From: Amoebophrya sp. A120
Lineage: Eukaryota; Protista; Dinoflagellata
DNA: 64,000 bases
NCBI GenBank assembly: GCA_905178155.1
Contig: CAJINV010000005.1
Location: forward strand, 3,230,833-3,294,832
Reading direction: 5' to 3'
This document shows positions 47,401 through 59,600 of the stretch, one piece after another. The notes under the pieces were generated by a model that searched no databases, was not told where the DNA came from, and saw only the letters and a program-made list of their open reading frames with translations. A program made the translations under genes and the position numbers. The number at the start of each line of letters is the position of its first letter. Position 1 is the stretch's first letter.

Positions 47401-48673
47401 CGCCCTCTCCGCCAGAGCGCTTTTGCGCAATTTGAAAGCGAAATCCACGATTCACGGGCTTGGGAAGTTGGCGCAGATGAAGCGACGGCGACCGCGCGGC
47501 GGGCATTACCACCACCACAAATCGAACACGCACACGATCGGCGGTCTGACGACCCTCGAAACCGCGAGAGCTTTCGAAGCGACAGGGGAGGCAGAGGGAG
47601 GAGGAGGAAGTGGTCTGGGTGTCAATTTCAGGATGAACGTGGAGTCGGTCGGAGGCGCATCTTCAACCACGACGAGGGGGTCGTCGTCTTCGAGTACGCA
47701 TAACTTAAATCTGTTTTCTGCGGGGCAGATGAACAATCTTAAATCGATTTCCAGGAAAGGACTCTCGGACGGATTGTTTGGCGAGGTGGTGGACGGTGGT
47801 GTTGATGCTGATCTTGCAACGATGAACCAGGAAAGAACATCAAATGGAACAAAACACAAACAGCACGAAGTTTTCACTACGGAGAAGGTGAACAAGAATG
47901 GTGCAGCAGGACCCCGAGAAGAAGAACCTGATGAGTCTTCTTTGAAACCACTACACACGGCACCTGTAACATTTCCCAAAGTTGTGTTGAAGAAGGCGAT
48001 ATCTTCCCCCACGTTTTCCCCTACTTGTGCAGGACGGGAGAACATCAAGACTTCCAACCACGTCACCTTCAACATCCCAGCATCACTGAAAACACAGGGC
48101 GAACGCGTCCACCGAGGCGAGGTGGATTCGTTATGCAGCACCACTAGCGACGAAGGAGGGTCTGGGTCATGCGACCCACTCTGTTCTCTGGAAAACAAGA
48201 ATGCCGGTGACCGAAACAAGCCCACACCAGCCTCGCGCACCATCGAGCAGAGCTACAGGCTGTTGACCGGGAGAAAGGACAATTCTTCGACCACGTCTTT
48301 TTACAACCGAAAAAGCAACCGCGACACGCCGGAAACGAGGGAATTGAGGTCGAGGCTGAACGAAATCAATCGGCGGGCCGGGGAACACGAAGAACTGCCC
48401 AATGCTTTTGGCAAACGCGGTGGTGGAGGCGGGCAGCAGTTTGGCCGCCGGGAAGAGAACTACAACCGACCCGATCGCCGGACCAAGAAAGTGGAGTACA
48501 GCTGGGAGTTCACGCATTTTCTCGGTTCGATGTCGTATTTACACGACGAGTGGGTGCGGTTCACGCTGCACTTGCTCCATTTGCTTTTGCCCCGGGATTG
48601 GGACACCGTGTACCAGGTGAAGCTGCGACTGGAAAAATGCCGAATTCTCTCGGGGCCGGGAGAGTTGTCTTGA
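41443..48673 (+). CDS. Multi-pass membrane protein (FUSC/ALMT-like), paralog 2; exons 41443-42336, 42621-42687, 42955-44746, 44992-45054, 45324-45616, 45884-46361, 46647-46681, 46842-48673
   Basis: Shares AYERAxEWGNPD, SGINML, DQEYRRR, ASDLKEALPVPMRD, EMLLKGGGWP and KVEYSWEFTHFLGSMSYLH with paralog 1. Seven introner removals keep the frame. Confidence 0.75.
42337..42615. mobile_element. Introner family B
   Basis: TIR gtaaaaacgtacccac / gtgggtacgtttttac; TSD ggatc. Confidence 0.9.
42688..42949. mobile_element. Introner family A
   Basis: TIR present; TSD cgacg. Confidence 0.9.
44747..44986. mobile_element. Introner family E
   Basis: TIR tctcaaacgttacatt...ctgttacatga (~50 bp); TSD gtcgt. Confidence 0.9.
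45055..45318. mobile_element. Introner family A
   Basis: TIR present; TSD acccg. Confidence 0.9.
45617..45878. mobile_element. Introner family A (interior inverted relative to 60883)
   Basis: TIR present; TSD gcaga. Confidence 0.9.
46362..46641. mobile_element. Introner family B
   Basis: TIR as in 42337; TSD gagac/gaaac. Confidence 0.88.
46682..46836. mobile_element. Introner family C (reverse orientation)
   Basis: Starts tatcctgtgcaaaagtatcg, the reverse complement of the end of 37495; TSD caacc. Confidence 0.9.
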
Positions 48674-50589
48674 TATAGAAGTTTATTGTGTGTAATCTCT
48701 TGAGGCTCTCTCTAGCTCTAGTAGGGTGCACTGAGATTGTAGATTCGATTTCCGAAGGATTTAAAGTTCACGTCCTTACGGGTCTCCGATGAAGCTTGTA
48801 CATTCTGTAAAATCTAATGGCTGCTGTTTATGTTTTTGAATGAACTTGATGTATCTCATTAAGGAACACTCTTCTAGAGTCCGCAGATGTGAACACATTT
48901 TGCCCATCCCAGATGTCCAAGGATGTACCCGCGATCCCCGCGAAATCTTTTGTGGCACATTGACATTAATTTATCGTGGCAGTTGTAATTCATGAGCAAA
49001 CGCTTACACCCCCAAGCTCAACTTCGACATCTCGAATGAACATGGTTTCTGTTCGGAACTGACGGATTTCCGTCACACTTCATCTGGTGGAGACCAGCTT
49101 GGTGTTCTATCTCTATTGATTGGTAGGAGTACTCCTTTTTCTACTGTGAGACTTGAGAAGAGGAGCGGGGTTTGGATGCGACGTATTGACTGGGAAATAT
49201 TCGCGCTTGTTTTGTAGTGCGGGAAACGCAGGCACTGCATCGGCGTGAGTTGCAGCCGTTGTCGCTGCTGCCCCGGCGGCGATTTTGCGCGACTTTGCAA
49301 GGTGCCGGGCGCTGGGGTCGCCTTACCACCACCAGGCGCTGGAGTCGCCTCACCTGCGCCGGGCTGGCGCTGGAGCCGCCCCATGCAAGGCGCCTAGGTG
49401 GCAGGCGCCAACGACCAACACAGACTATTGCAGGGCAAAGAAACGCGGCAACGGGGGCCGGCAGGCGGCCGGCTCGCGTGTTCTTGGTCGGCTTGATTCG
49501 CTGAAGCCCGGCGCAAATTATCCCGGGCAGCTTCGGCTTTGGCGAAGGGCGTCGATGCATTTCCGGAGGAGCTAGGCAAATGCCCCGGCTGTCGTGGTGT
49601 TGATGCATGATGAGGATTTATCCGTGGGTTGTCCTGATGGGGAATGCTGACATGTGGAAGCGGGGTCTTAGTCGCTACTGGGGGCAGGCGCGCGAGCATT
49701 CTCGTGGGTTTGGATTTGTGTGCGAGCGTGCGCCGGGGATTTTGCGGAAGAATGCAAAGGGGCAACAAGAAGCCCGCGAAAAAAGGACGGCCGCATCCAG
49801 AAGCTTGCTAGCGGAAAGCAGGGCGCCCCAGTAATCCGAGCGCGGCAGCACGGGGCGCCCCGGGGCGGATGGGAACGAAAAGAGAGCCCGGAAGCCGCAA
49901 GCGCCGCCGCCCAGACGGGGCCAGGCAGTCGCATCAGGGGCGCGCCTTTCGCGCGCCGCCAGGCAGGCAGGGCCGCCTTGGGCCCTCTGGGGGCCGGTTT
50001 TGGGCAGCGCCGGCCGCTTGGGGGGCCCGCCGGGGCCGGGCGCCCCTTATCGCGGGAAAATTGGCGGGCCCCTTGGTCGCGCGTGCGGCGCGTCGATAAA
50101 CGGGTGGGAGCCGTCGGCGCGAGAAATTGTCAGCACCTTTTAACGGTATTGAAGAACTCCGACGCGCGGCGTCAAGCGTGGCTCAGCAACTAGCTGAGTC
50201 GGCCGGAAAAGGGCCCGCGTCCGTGCCCAGCAACCCCGAGGGCCACGAGGCAGCCGCAGCAGACATCACCCAACTCGTAACAGGGATTGAAGGGCGCAAA
50301 GAACTCGAGCGCGCGGAAAGTGTGGAAAGGGGTGCGGGGAGCGGCCGGCCGCGCCCCGCCGCGCGCCCGCCCGCCTTCTGGGTGCGCGGCCTTGCCCCAG
50401 TGCCCGCAGCCAGAAGGGCGGGGCGCTAGGCCGGCCAGCCGGCCGCGCGCCTGGCTTGCTCGCTCGGAGAGGCGGCATGGTCGGTTATGTGGTCCGTCAA
50501 AGTAGCTTCCGTGAAACTTTCAATCGAAGAGCAGAGTTTAGAGGTTTAAGCGAGAGAAGGCTTAATTTGAGAAATCGAATGCTTTGAGA

Positions 50590-52170
50590 TTTTAGCATTT
50601 AAGCACTCGAGTGCTTAATTTGAGAACTCGAATATTTTCAAGTTTAAGCGTTCGAGTGCTTAAAATAAGAAAACAGCAGATTGAACGCGAGCAAATTTCA
50701 ATTTGCTCGCAGGTTTTTGAAATTTGCTCCGGAGCTTCTGCAAGAAGTCTAGAAATAGCGACTCGAACGCTTAAAGTCACCGGAAAAAAAGTAATCGCTT
50801 AGCCATTCGGATGCTTAAATGAAGAGAATTTTTGCAACCGCCCGAGCAAATTTCAAAAATGGCAGAGCAAATTCCAACTTGCTCACGCAAATAAATTTCA
50901 ATCTGCTGTTTCCCTATTTTAACCCTGCGAGCCGTTATTTGCCAACTTTGTGAAGCTGCTTTGAGGCATTCGAATGTTTTATCGGGGGCGACGAAGCAAA
51001 GGGAAAGAGCACAGACAGAGCCAAGACGCTCCGGGGCGCTTGTTTTGTTAAGTGCCTGCAAGCTCCGCGCAAAACTGTCGCTAGCGTCGTGATCGCAGCA
51101 GATCGCGACGCCGGGCTCGCAGGCACTTAACATGCACTTTTGCCAAGTGCCTGCCGGCCCCGCGCGCAACTGTCGCTAGCGTCGCGATCTCAGCAGATCG
51201 CGACGCCATTCGCAACTCGCCCCAAGGGGCTCGCGCGCGGGGCAAATGGCGTCGTATGTGCCTGCGCCATACATCGCCAATGGCGTCGCGGTCTGGTGAA
51301 ATCACGACGCTAGCGACAGTTTTGCGCCGGGCCCGCAGGCACTTAACATACAAAAGCGCCCCGGAGCGCCTTGGCTCTGTCTGTCGTGCTCTCACTCGTT
51401 GCCCTTTGCTTCGTCGCCCCCGATAAAAGTGCCGCCCGCGCGGCGCCGCTCCGGCGGCCACGCCCCTCCACCCCACCCGCGCGTCAGTTGGCCCAGCGAG
51501 AAGCGTGCGCGCCACGCCTTGCTCTTGAATTCGCCTCCTCGCCCTCGCGCGCCAGGCGCCCGCGCCGCGCTGCAATCTTGTGCACCGAAGCCCGCAGGGG
51601 GCCCAATGGGGCAAATTGCCCCAGGCGTCGCGATCTGGAGGGATCACGACGCCCGCGGCGGTTTTGCGCGGGGCGGGCACTTAACAAAAGCGCCGCGGGA
51701 CGCTTTGGCTCTGTGCTCTTGCACCGGCGGAGCTTTTGTTTCCCATCGTGCGAAAGCTCTTTGTCTCTCGAGCAACACCAACAACACCTCCGCTCGGTCG
51801 CGGTAGATATAGCGTTTAGGCATTCGAGTGCTTAAATTCACGGAAACGCAGATTGCAATCTGCGTGAGCAAATTTGAAATTTGCTCTGGGCAAATTGAAA
51901 TTTGCTCCGCAGACAAGCAATCAGCTTAGCCATTCGAATGCTTAACTGCTTGAAAATAAACAATCATTTTAAGCATTCGAGTGGCTAATTGACTGGTTAT
52001 CTTTGAAGCTGTGTGAGCAAATTTGAAATTTGCTAGAGCAAATTGCAATCTGCGTTTCCGTGAGTTTAAGCATTCGAGTGCTTAAATTGCGACTTCTTAG
52101 TTTAGGCATTTTAATGCTTAAACCTTATGAACGCGATTTCCTAGATTAGGCATTAAAAGGCTTAAAACAA
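50590..52170. repeat. Foldback / palindrome array
   Basis: Repeated palindromes TTAAGCAYTCGARTGCTTAA and GAGCAAATTTGAAATTTGCTC; long inverted arms 50977-51112 / 51282-51428; imperfect palindrome 51815-52086. Confidence 0.8.
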
Positions 52171-52928
52171 GGAATGTGCTGCGCGATTAAAAGTTTCACA
52201 GAAGCTGCGGGCCTTACCCAAGTAAGTCGGCCGGGGCGTCGCGTCCGTGCTCTCCTCCGCCGGAGGGCCCCCCCGGTGCCGCTCGAGCGAGGGCGCCGGC
52301 GCTCAGGTGTTTCTTTTTTCTGTGTCCGTCGCACCCTCGTCCTCGGGCGCGTAGGCATTGGTTGGAGCCCTTCGCCGCTGTCGCGCACAATGAGTGATTG
52401 TTTACTGTCCATCGTGGCGATGCGCTTGCCCTTCCTGCGTCGTCGCTATAACATACTATAGCTCATCTTCATGGGCGCGTGTCTTTGCCGGCCCTGGAGC
52501 AGTTTGCTTTCTTCTGGTTCCGACTAGCAGGAGTGGATGTGTTGGACACGGGATCTGTGCACCTATGTGGATGGTCGCGGCAAGGGTGTTCAGCTTCTAG
52601 CGCGGTGCCTCGCATTTCATTTGCTCTCGCGCGACGACGATGGTTGACTCTCACTCTGATCCCAACGTGTGTGTTTTCACTGTTCATAATAAATAAGTAC
52701 TGAACCTGAAGTCTGGTGGAGGAGTCTGTGAGTTGCCGGGAGAGAACTAGCTGCTCTATTTCATCGAAACTATATTCAGAGAGACGACCTCCGCGCCAGG
52801 GTCAGTGTTGATTACGATTGTGCAGCCTGCGCTGCGGAAAGAAGTTAGTGAGACTGGTGGGGATCTCCAATTTGTTTCCGAGTGGAGTGACGAGTGAATC
52901 TTCTTGTCCAGAAGCTCCCTAAAAAAAA

Positions 52929-54181
52929 ATGCGCGAAAAACGCCGGTGGCTCGCCCGTGCCGCTCTTTTGTGGATCAGCTCTCTTTGCGTGCATGTAACG
53001 GACGCTGCGGGTAGATTCAGGTTTCTGATTGCGTCGTCGCCAAGGCTGTCGAAGGTGTCTCTTTTTGTTTGCGCTTGTCATGCGTGTGATGAAATTCGTA
53101 TTGGTTTTGCATTTGCTTTTGCGTTTGTCTTGCATGTGCATTGAATGCTTGTGTTTGTCTTAGTATCGAAGAGTGGGAAGTGGCTGCTGGCTCACCCACA
53201 TTTGGCCAAACCTGAGGTTTCCTACGTCGCCTTGAATGTTCTTCGCGGGACGACATCCCTGATCCGCCCCCTCATCATTCCCGGCAACGAGGTGGACAGT
53301 CCTCGGGGCATGTGTGTGGACGTGCCGCGAAACCGCCTGTACGTCACGGACCCGGGAGTGACGTCCCGCAAGATCTACTGGTACGAACTAGAGTCCTCCG
53401 CGGAAGACGAGATCAAGATCAAGGGGCCGGGCCGACCCGCGGCCCTGCAGGTCGACGCAAACTGGTGCGCGGTAGACCACGTGGGGAACTTGTTCTTCAC
53501 GGAAGCGGGGGTGAACGGGATAAAAAAGGTCCCCGCGTCCGTGCTGATCGGCGAGGGCGTGTCGAGTCCGAACTCCGCGGAAGTATTGTACACCGATGAG
53601 AAAACCGCGGAATTATCCGGTCCGGCTGGACTCGTCGCGGATAACTTCCACCTGTACTGGGGGAACACAGTCATCGGCCAGACACGAGGAACGATCGGAC
53701 GGGCACCGCAAATGGCGATCTACCAGGATGCGAGCAGGGTACTTACTTGTAGTCATCTTGATGCGCGGCAGCTTCATGAACTGTTCATGGATACTGTTTT
53801 TCATGCGCGGCGTGGACAAGTCGAGTAGTTTGTCGTGCAGATCATTGTTCCGACATGTAAATTGTACAGAAAATCGCCGCGAACGCAGACACGGTCCACG
53901 GCGTGTGCAACGTCGGGAGCCACGTGTACTTCACAGAGAAGAACCAAAAGCTCCACGCGGTCGCGAAGACCGGTGGCATAATCACCCAAATAGCGGACAC
54001 CTTCGTGGAGCCGAGAGGGTGCGCCTGGGACGGGGGCGGGAGTTTGTACGTTGCGGACCGCCAGGGAGGCGCGGTTTACGAACTACCGGTCAATCTGCCG
54101 CAACCCTCGAAGGCCGCGGCGGTTACCAACATGTTTTCCATCGAAGATGCGTTTGATGTGGCCTTGTTCGAAGCTGCGTGA
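52929..54181 (+). CDS. Probably secreted NHL/SGL-type beta-propeller protein; exons 52929-53054, 53217-53738, 53870-54181
   Basis: Repeats SPRGMCVDVPRNRLYVTD, WCAVDHVGNLFFTE, GPAGLVADNFHLYW and EPRGCAWDGGGSLYVAD. Hydrophobic N-terminus. GT-AG introns at 53055-53216 and 53739-53869 join in frame. Confidence 0.75.
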
Positions 54182-54566
54182 TCATATCTCTCATGCAAAA
54201 GAAGCAAATTAAAGACAAAGACATGACCACAACTACAGGTTTTCTTTTCGGTGAAATCATGTGTATGACCGATCCTGGCGAGGCGGATTTTAACGTGTTC
54301 GCTGTGAGAGCAGAGTTGCCGATGTGCGAGATGCCAATTGCACTCCCGCTATGAAAAGTTCTCTAGAGAATCACGAATGAGTTCGTGCAACTCTGACTGA
54401 GGGACGCGTCCACTCAGTGGCGGACGCGTGGCATAATTACCTGTGTAAAGTTTTGGCGAATCCTACGAGATGTAACCGCTTATCAAGTGCAGGGGCTAAA
54501 AATAGGGTATCGGATTTTTGTAGATCGGAACAACCTGGTTGCGGTTGAAGCTATTCTTCCGAAAAG

Positions 54567-55829
54567 ATGGCGACAGGGGCACCAGCTGCCACAACCTCAT
54601 CAGAGGAGGCCCCAGCTGCACCTTTTTCATCTCCGCTCTTACCCGGAGCAGAAGCAGACCCTGGTGCAGCTTTAATTCCAGATCTGCAAATTTCGCTGCA
54701 GGATCTTCCCTACGAGACTTTCGCTGAGGATTTGGAAGAGCTTCTTCCCGCGTTTTTCTACGATGACACCCCGGGAATCGTTGTTTTGGATGGTGGAGGT
54801 GGAGGTGGAGAGGGTAGTAATCACGCGAGCTGCGCATCAGGAGCACCACTAGTAGATGAAACAAGAACATCTCCGTCGTCTTCTGGTGGATCCTCAAAGA
54901 ACTGCAAATCCGATCTGCTTCTTGCCAGCATGCTTCTCCTTCTTCGGCAGCACCGTGAGGAAGTGGAACTTAACCGGCGGAAAGCGAATCCGGTCGTTGA
55001 CAGGCCCGAGGAGGTGGGTGTGATAAATACCCCCAGCACGACAGTTCCACCAAGAACGCCTAAACTAAGTGCTCGGCAGAACAAAAATCAGACCACCAAA
55101 GGAGATGCAGCGCTGCCTGCAACAGCATCAGCATCGCTGATAGAGGAACAGGAAATAATAAGAGCCAACATGGAGCACGAGCAGAAGATGTCCTCCGAAG
55201 ACCTGCAGAGCCGAAAAGATGAGGAATTCTGCCGGCGGCTTCGTGACCAGCTTCCGGCCCTGACGGATCTTCACGACAGTGGCAGCAGCTGCCCAGGAGA
55301 TGTGGAGCAACAACCTCCGCCGCCGCGGCTGAAGCAATTGCAACTAGAGTACGTGCGGAAGCTGCTGTATCGGAAGCAACAGCAGACGAAGCTCTCCCTC
55401 GGGATTGAAGCGCAGGAGAACTTGGCGAAGGATTTGCACTTGCGGATACACACGATGAACGCAGAGAGTCGGGTATCCTAAGCAAAAACGTCCCCACCCC
55501 AGAGTCACGTTGGGAATCTAGCAACACAAGTCTCCAAGTTTTGGGAGCTGTGCATGACAACTTTCGCTCTGCAGTGTAGTGCTGGTTGGCAAGGGAAGCC
55601 GCATAAGAAAGCCATTCTCTCATCCTGTTTACAGCATTACAAATGCCAAAACGCGACTGGAAACAAACGCCTCGCATGGAGCTGCGCATTACAAACGTTC
55701 CTGTCATTGCGCATTTGCATGACAACTCTGGGGTGGGGACGTTTTTACTCAGGATATCGGGCGACGACGCAGAAGCTGGTGGAGGTTACCAGAATGACGG
55801 AAAGAATGATGATGGAACAGGAATGCTGA
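54567..55829 (+). CDS. Hypothetical coiled-coil protein; exons 54567-55473 and 55762-55829
   Basis: The 304-codon ORF continues after introner removal as AESR|ATTQKLVEVTRMTERMMMEQEC*. Confidence 0.6.
55474..55756. mobile_element. Introner family B
   Basis: TIR aaaaacgtccccaccccagagt / actctggggtggggacgttttt; TSD tcggg. Confidence 0.9.
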
Positions 55830-56698
55830 CGAAGCTAGCAGGTGTTGACCTGGATATCAAGGACACGAGAACTTGCAACGCAATAGCGGTACTAGACGTA
55901 CACACAGGATCAAGAATTCACTCACCGGTGCAAAACCGAAACTGCCAGCGCCATAAATTGGAATCGGTACCATGATTTACGAGACAATACAAGAAATTTC
56001 GACAGCGACAACAATTAAGAGCAGTGTACTGAAATAATAGTGAAAAGAAGCAACTCTTGACAATGATAATCATAATAAAGTAAACACTTGAAAATAATGG
56101 GCCTCAGTAACATCTTCTACCGTAAGATTGCATTAAGCTGTCGTGATGTTGTTCTACTGACGAAAAAAGTTGAAGTTCATATGATTTGCTTTTCACGATC
56201 CCCCTGCTGATCCTCTTGAAGCGCGTGCTTTTTCTGCGATCGCAGTTTCAAGGCACTTGTTTATTTTTTCGGTCTATATACGATTTGGTCTTGTCAAAAA
56301 ACAAAAAACTGAAATGACACACATGGCTGCGCTTTTTCGCCGTCGTGGATTGGACCGGCTCGGATATGATAAATGTTGACTCAGCTGCGCCGTGGAAATA
56401 GTTTTGGAAGCGGCGGCAGCGGGTGCTTACTAGTTAGCACCGAAGTACCAGCCGCGAAGGCAGCAGATGCAGCAACCGAGATTCCACCTGGACGACTAGA
56501 TTTACATGCAGCAAGCGCGAGATTCAGGTTGTTGTGACGAAGACGACACGGATGAGGCTGTCGGAATACAACGATTTCGGCCAAAGGTACAGCGCCGCGA
56601 CACCACAAAGAACTTCTCAAAGCCTGATCATGAACCACTTGCACGTGCTTATGAATTCGTACTGACGTTTGTGCAATAAAACCAAGAAGACCATCATC

Positions 56699-59600
56699 AT
56701 GGCGACTTCTGCCGCAACTGCCCGCTCCTCCACGTGTCGGGAGATCGTCTCCTGCCTCCTCAAGCACGGTCACGACGCCCCTGTGGACCGCGTCGGCGAT
56801 GCGCAGGTGGTTCTGGAGGAGGCCTTACGGCTTCTGGAAAAGCGGCGGGACGATGACGATGACACAGCGGTGCTGCAGGGGGTGTGGTGCTTTCTGAAAA
56901 ATTGGGATAAAGAGAAGGAGGCGGAGAGCGAACAGTATGACAGCCCGAAGAAGGGAAAATTGCTCATGATCGACGAGACCATCGCTCGAAGGATGATCAA
57001 CTACCTCGTGCGGGAACTCAGCCTGGGCATGCGGGAGGACCAGCGCAGGCTGCCCACGCAGGGAGTGCTGGTGGCCCTGTCGAAGGTAAAAATGTATTCT
57101 GGACCACTCCGCATTCTGGAGTAAGTACATGGAAAATCAATGCGAAGTATTTCATATCGAATGCACGAAGTATAAGTATTAGAATTAGTTGCAATGCAAT
57201 TTGTATTCTCCGAAGGAACTTGACAACTGAGTGCAATGCTCCCTCCCAGGAGCTCCCTGTTTGTTACTTACTTTAACGAGAACGTGGACATCAATCGAAT
57301 CAGCCAAAAATAAATTTAGATCATCAAGTCCAAGTGTAAAAAATCACCAGGCCGGCTACGCTTCGGTGGTGGTAAAGTCCGTGCTGCAAGTGCTCGACAG
57401 CAGCGTTTCTACCGAAATGGATCCCGCCGTGATGTCAACGGAGCTCCTTTGCGTCGTCCGCGAGGTCGCGACCGCTTCAGTCGTGCCCGAGCTCCTCTCG
57501 CGGCTCTTACCGCTTTTAAACGTCACCCGGAAATCCGAAGTGAAGATCGCTCTGTGCACAACGCTTTCCGCACTCTGTGGCGTCATCGTGGCTGCGAGAA
57601 ACCGGACGAGAATTATCGGAGCAGGAGGTGCAGTAGGACAACCAGGCGGAACAAGTAGTTCTAGCGGACAACATCAGTTGCCACTGCCCAAGACAAGCCT
57701 CGACACGATCCCCTCCGGCCGCGCGTCGCGAGCGTCGAGCGCGAGTTCGCAAGCGTCGCTGCAGTTCGGTGAGGCGGTTGCGGGCGCCGCGCAGCCGGTA
57801 GGAGGAGGAGGTGCTGATTTTGGCAGCTCACTAGACGTGGAGGAGCATGGAGGTGGACGACCGCGAGGGTCGTCTGTACTAGCAGCTGCTGGAACAACAT
57901 CAAGCAACAGGGCGTCGGCCGTACTATCGGGAGCAGACATCGCCAATGTCAGACCCGCAGCAGATCCGGACAGCTACGTGTGGTCGAACTTCACGCATTT
58001 CCCGGCGTACGCACAATTGGCGCAAAATGTTGTAGGGCACCAACAGGCACCAGAGGTACTTGCTAGTGGTACGAAAGTGTACGTGTACCACGACGTCGTG
58101 TATTTAGTGCAGATTGAAAACCTCCGGGTCTCTTTCGTGATCTCCGAATGTAGCCATATAAGAATGTGTGAGTTGAATTTGGGAACTGAAGCTACAGTCT
58201 AAAACTAAGTCACTACATGATATCAGGGCCAAACTTCTTGGGACGCGCTGCTTGACGTGCTCGTGAGTAGTTGGACGCGATCGAAAGAGGTGAAGCTGCT
58301 GAGCTACATTCTGGACACCATCGGCCACGTGTGCTTTTTGGCGAGCCGGGACAAATTAAACACCCGCGTCGTCGAAATCCTCGGTTTTTTCCAGGCGTTG
58401 GGCCAGAGACCGGCCGTGGCAGCTGCCGCCGCGAGCAGTGGTAGTACGGTAGCTTCCGGTAGTTCAACTGCTATGATTACACAAACAGCCGCGGGTAATC
58501 AAGCTGCGCAGCAACAGCCCAAGAAAAAATCGAGCACCGTCTCGGCCCCCTACCTTCGCGGCCTGGGGCTCTTTCTCGCGGCGACCCTGTCCCGGTCCGA
58601 AGACGTTCGCGCCGCGGCGACGGGCCCGATTCTGCAGGCGCTGCTCGGGTACGGCAAATTTCTGAAGGACGAGCCCCGGCAGACGCTGGTGCTGCAGGTC
58701 TTTGAAGTGATGGCCGGGCAGCTGCCGGAGGTGTTTCCCCTGCTGTTCCAGAAGTTGGAACAGTCCGTACAGGCACTGGACACCTCGCAGAAATCCATGT
58801 TTGCGTTTTTTTCCCGCACGGACACCACCAGCTCGAGCACGGACGATATCAAATGTAAAAGTGTCTGGGTCTGGAAGATTGCAACTTGTCATGCTGTTTT
58901 TGGACTCTGAAAAAAATTGTATTGCATGACCAGCAAAATGGGTACAGTTTTTGCTACACAGACAGGCCATTTCTCATGCGGAAGGTGCATCAGGAAGCCC
59001 TCTAAAAGTCTGCGATGCTAGTTCAACAATTACAGGCATCATGGGCCTTGAGAAATATGCATGACAAATCTTGCATTCTTCCAGACCCTGACATTTTTAC
59101 AATCCATAGACGACCCGCTGCGCTTACTCCAGACGGTCACCCACTTGTGCCGCACGCTGCCGCTCGCGCCGCAGGCGCTCGAGGACGTCCGCGAGTCGTT
59201 GACGCGCATCGTGAAGAAGACCACGGAACAGCAAGTCCGGGGCACGCAGCCGATTGATCCAGAGCTCGCGGTGACCATCACCGAAGTTATCATCCACGCG
59301 GGGAGGCTACTGCCGAGAAGTTCTCGGGGCGGGGTCAGCGGGACGACCGGCGCCAGCAGGAACATCATGCTTTCGGACGCGACGTTCCAACCGGGCTCGA
59401 AGCAGTACAAGAGCGTGGAGGCCTCGCTGGTGATCTACGTGCAGTGGATCATCGAGCAGATTTCGCGCTCGGAAGTGGCGTCGCGAACGCCGCCGGAGGA
59501 AGGTGGGGCTAGTGGAACTGGTACTGGCATAGTTGTGCCCGGGACTGCGTCAGGAGCAGGCGTAGTTCTTGCAGAACATCAAAACAAGAAGAGCAGCCAG

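Noticed and set aside
49073-52461. ORFs in the GC-rich and palindromic region
   Set aside because: Low-complexity Arg/Ala/Gly/Pro translations on both strands, explained by composition and repeats.
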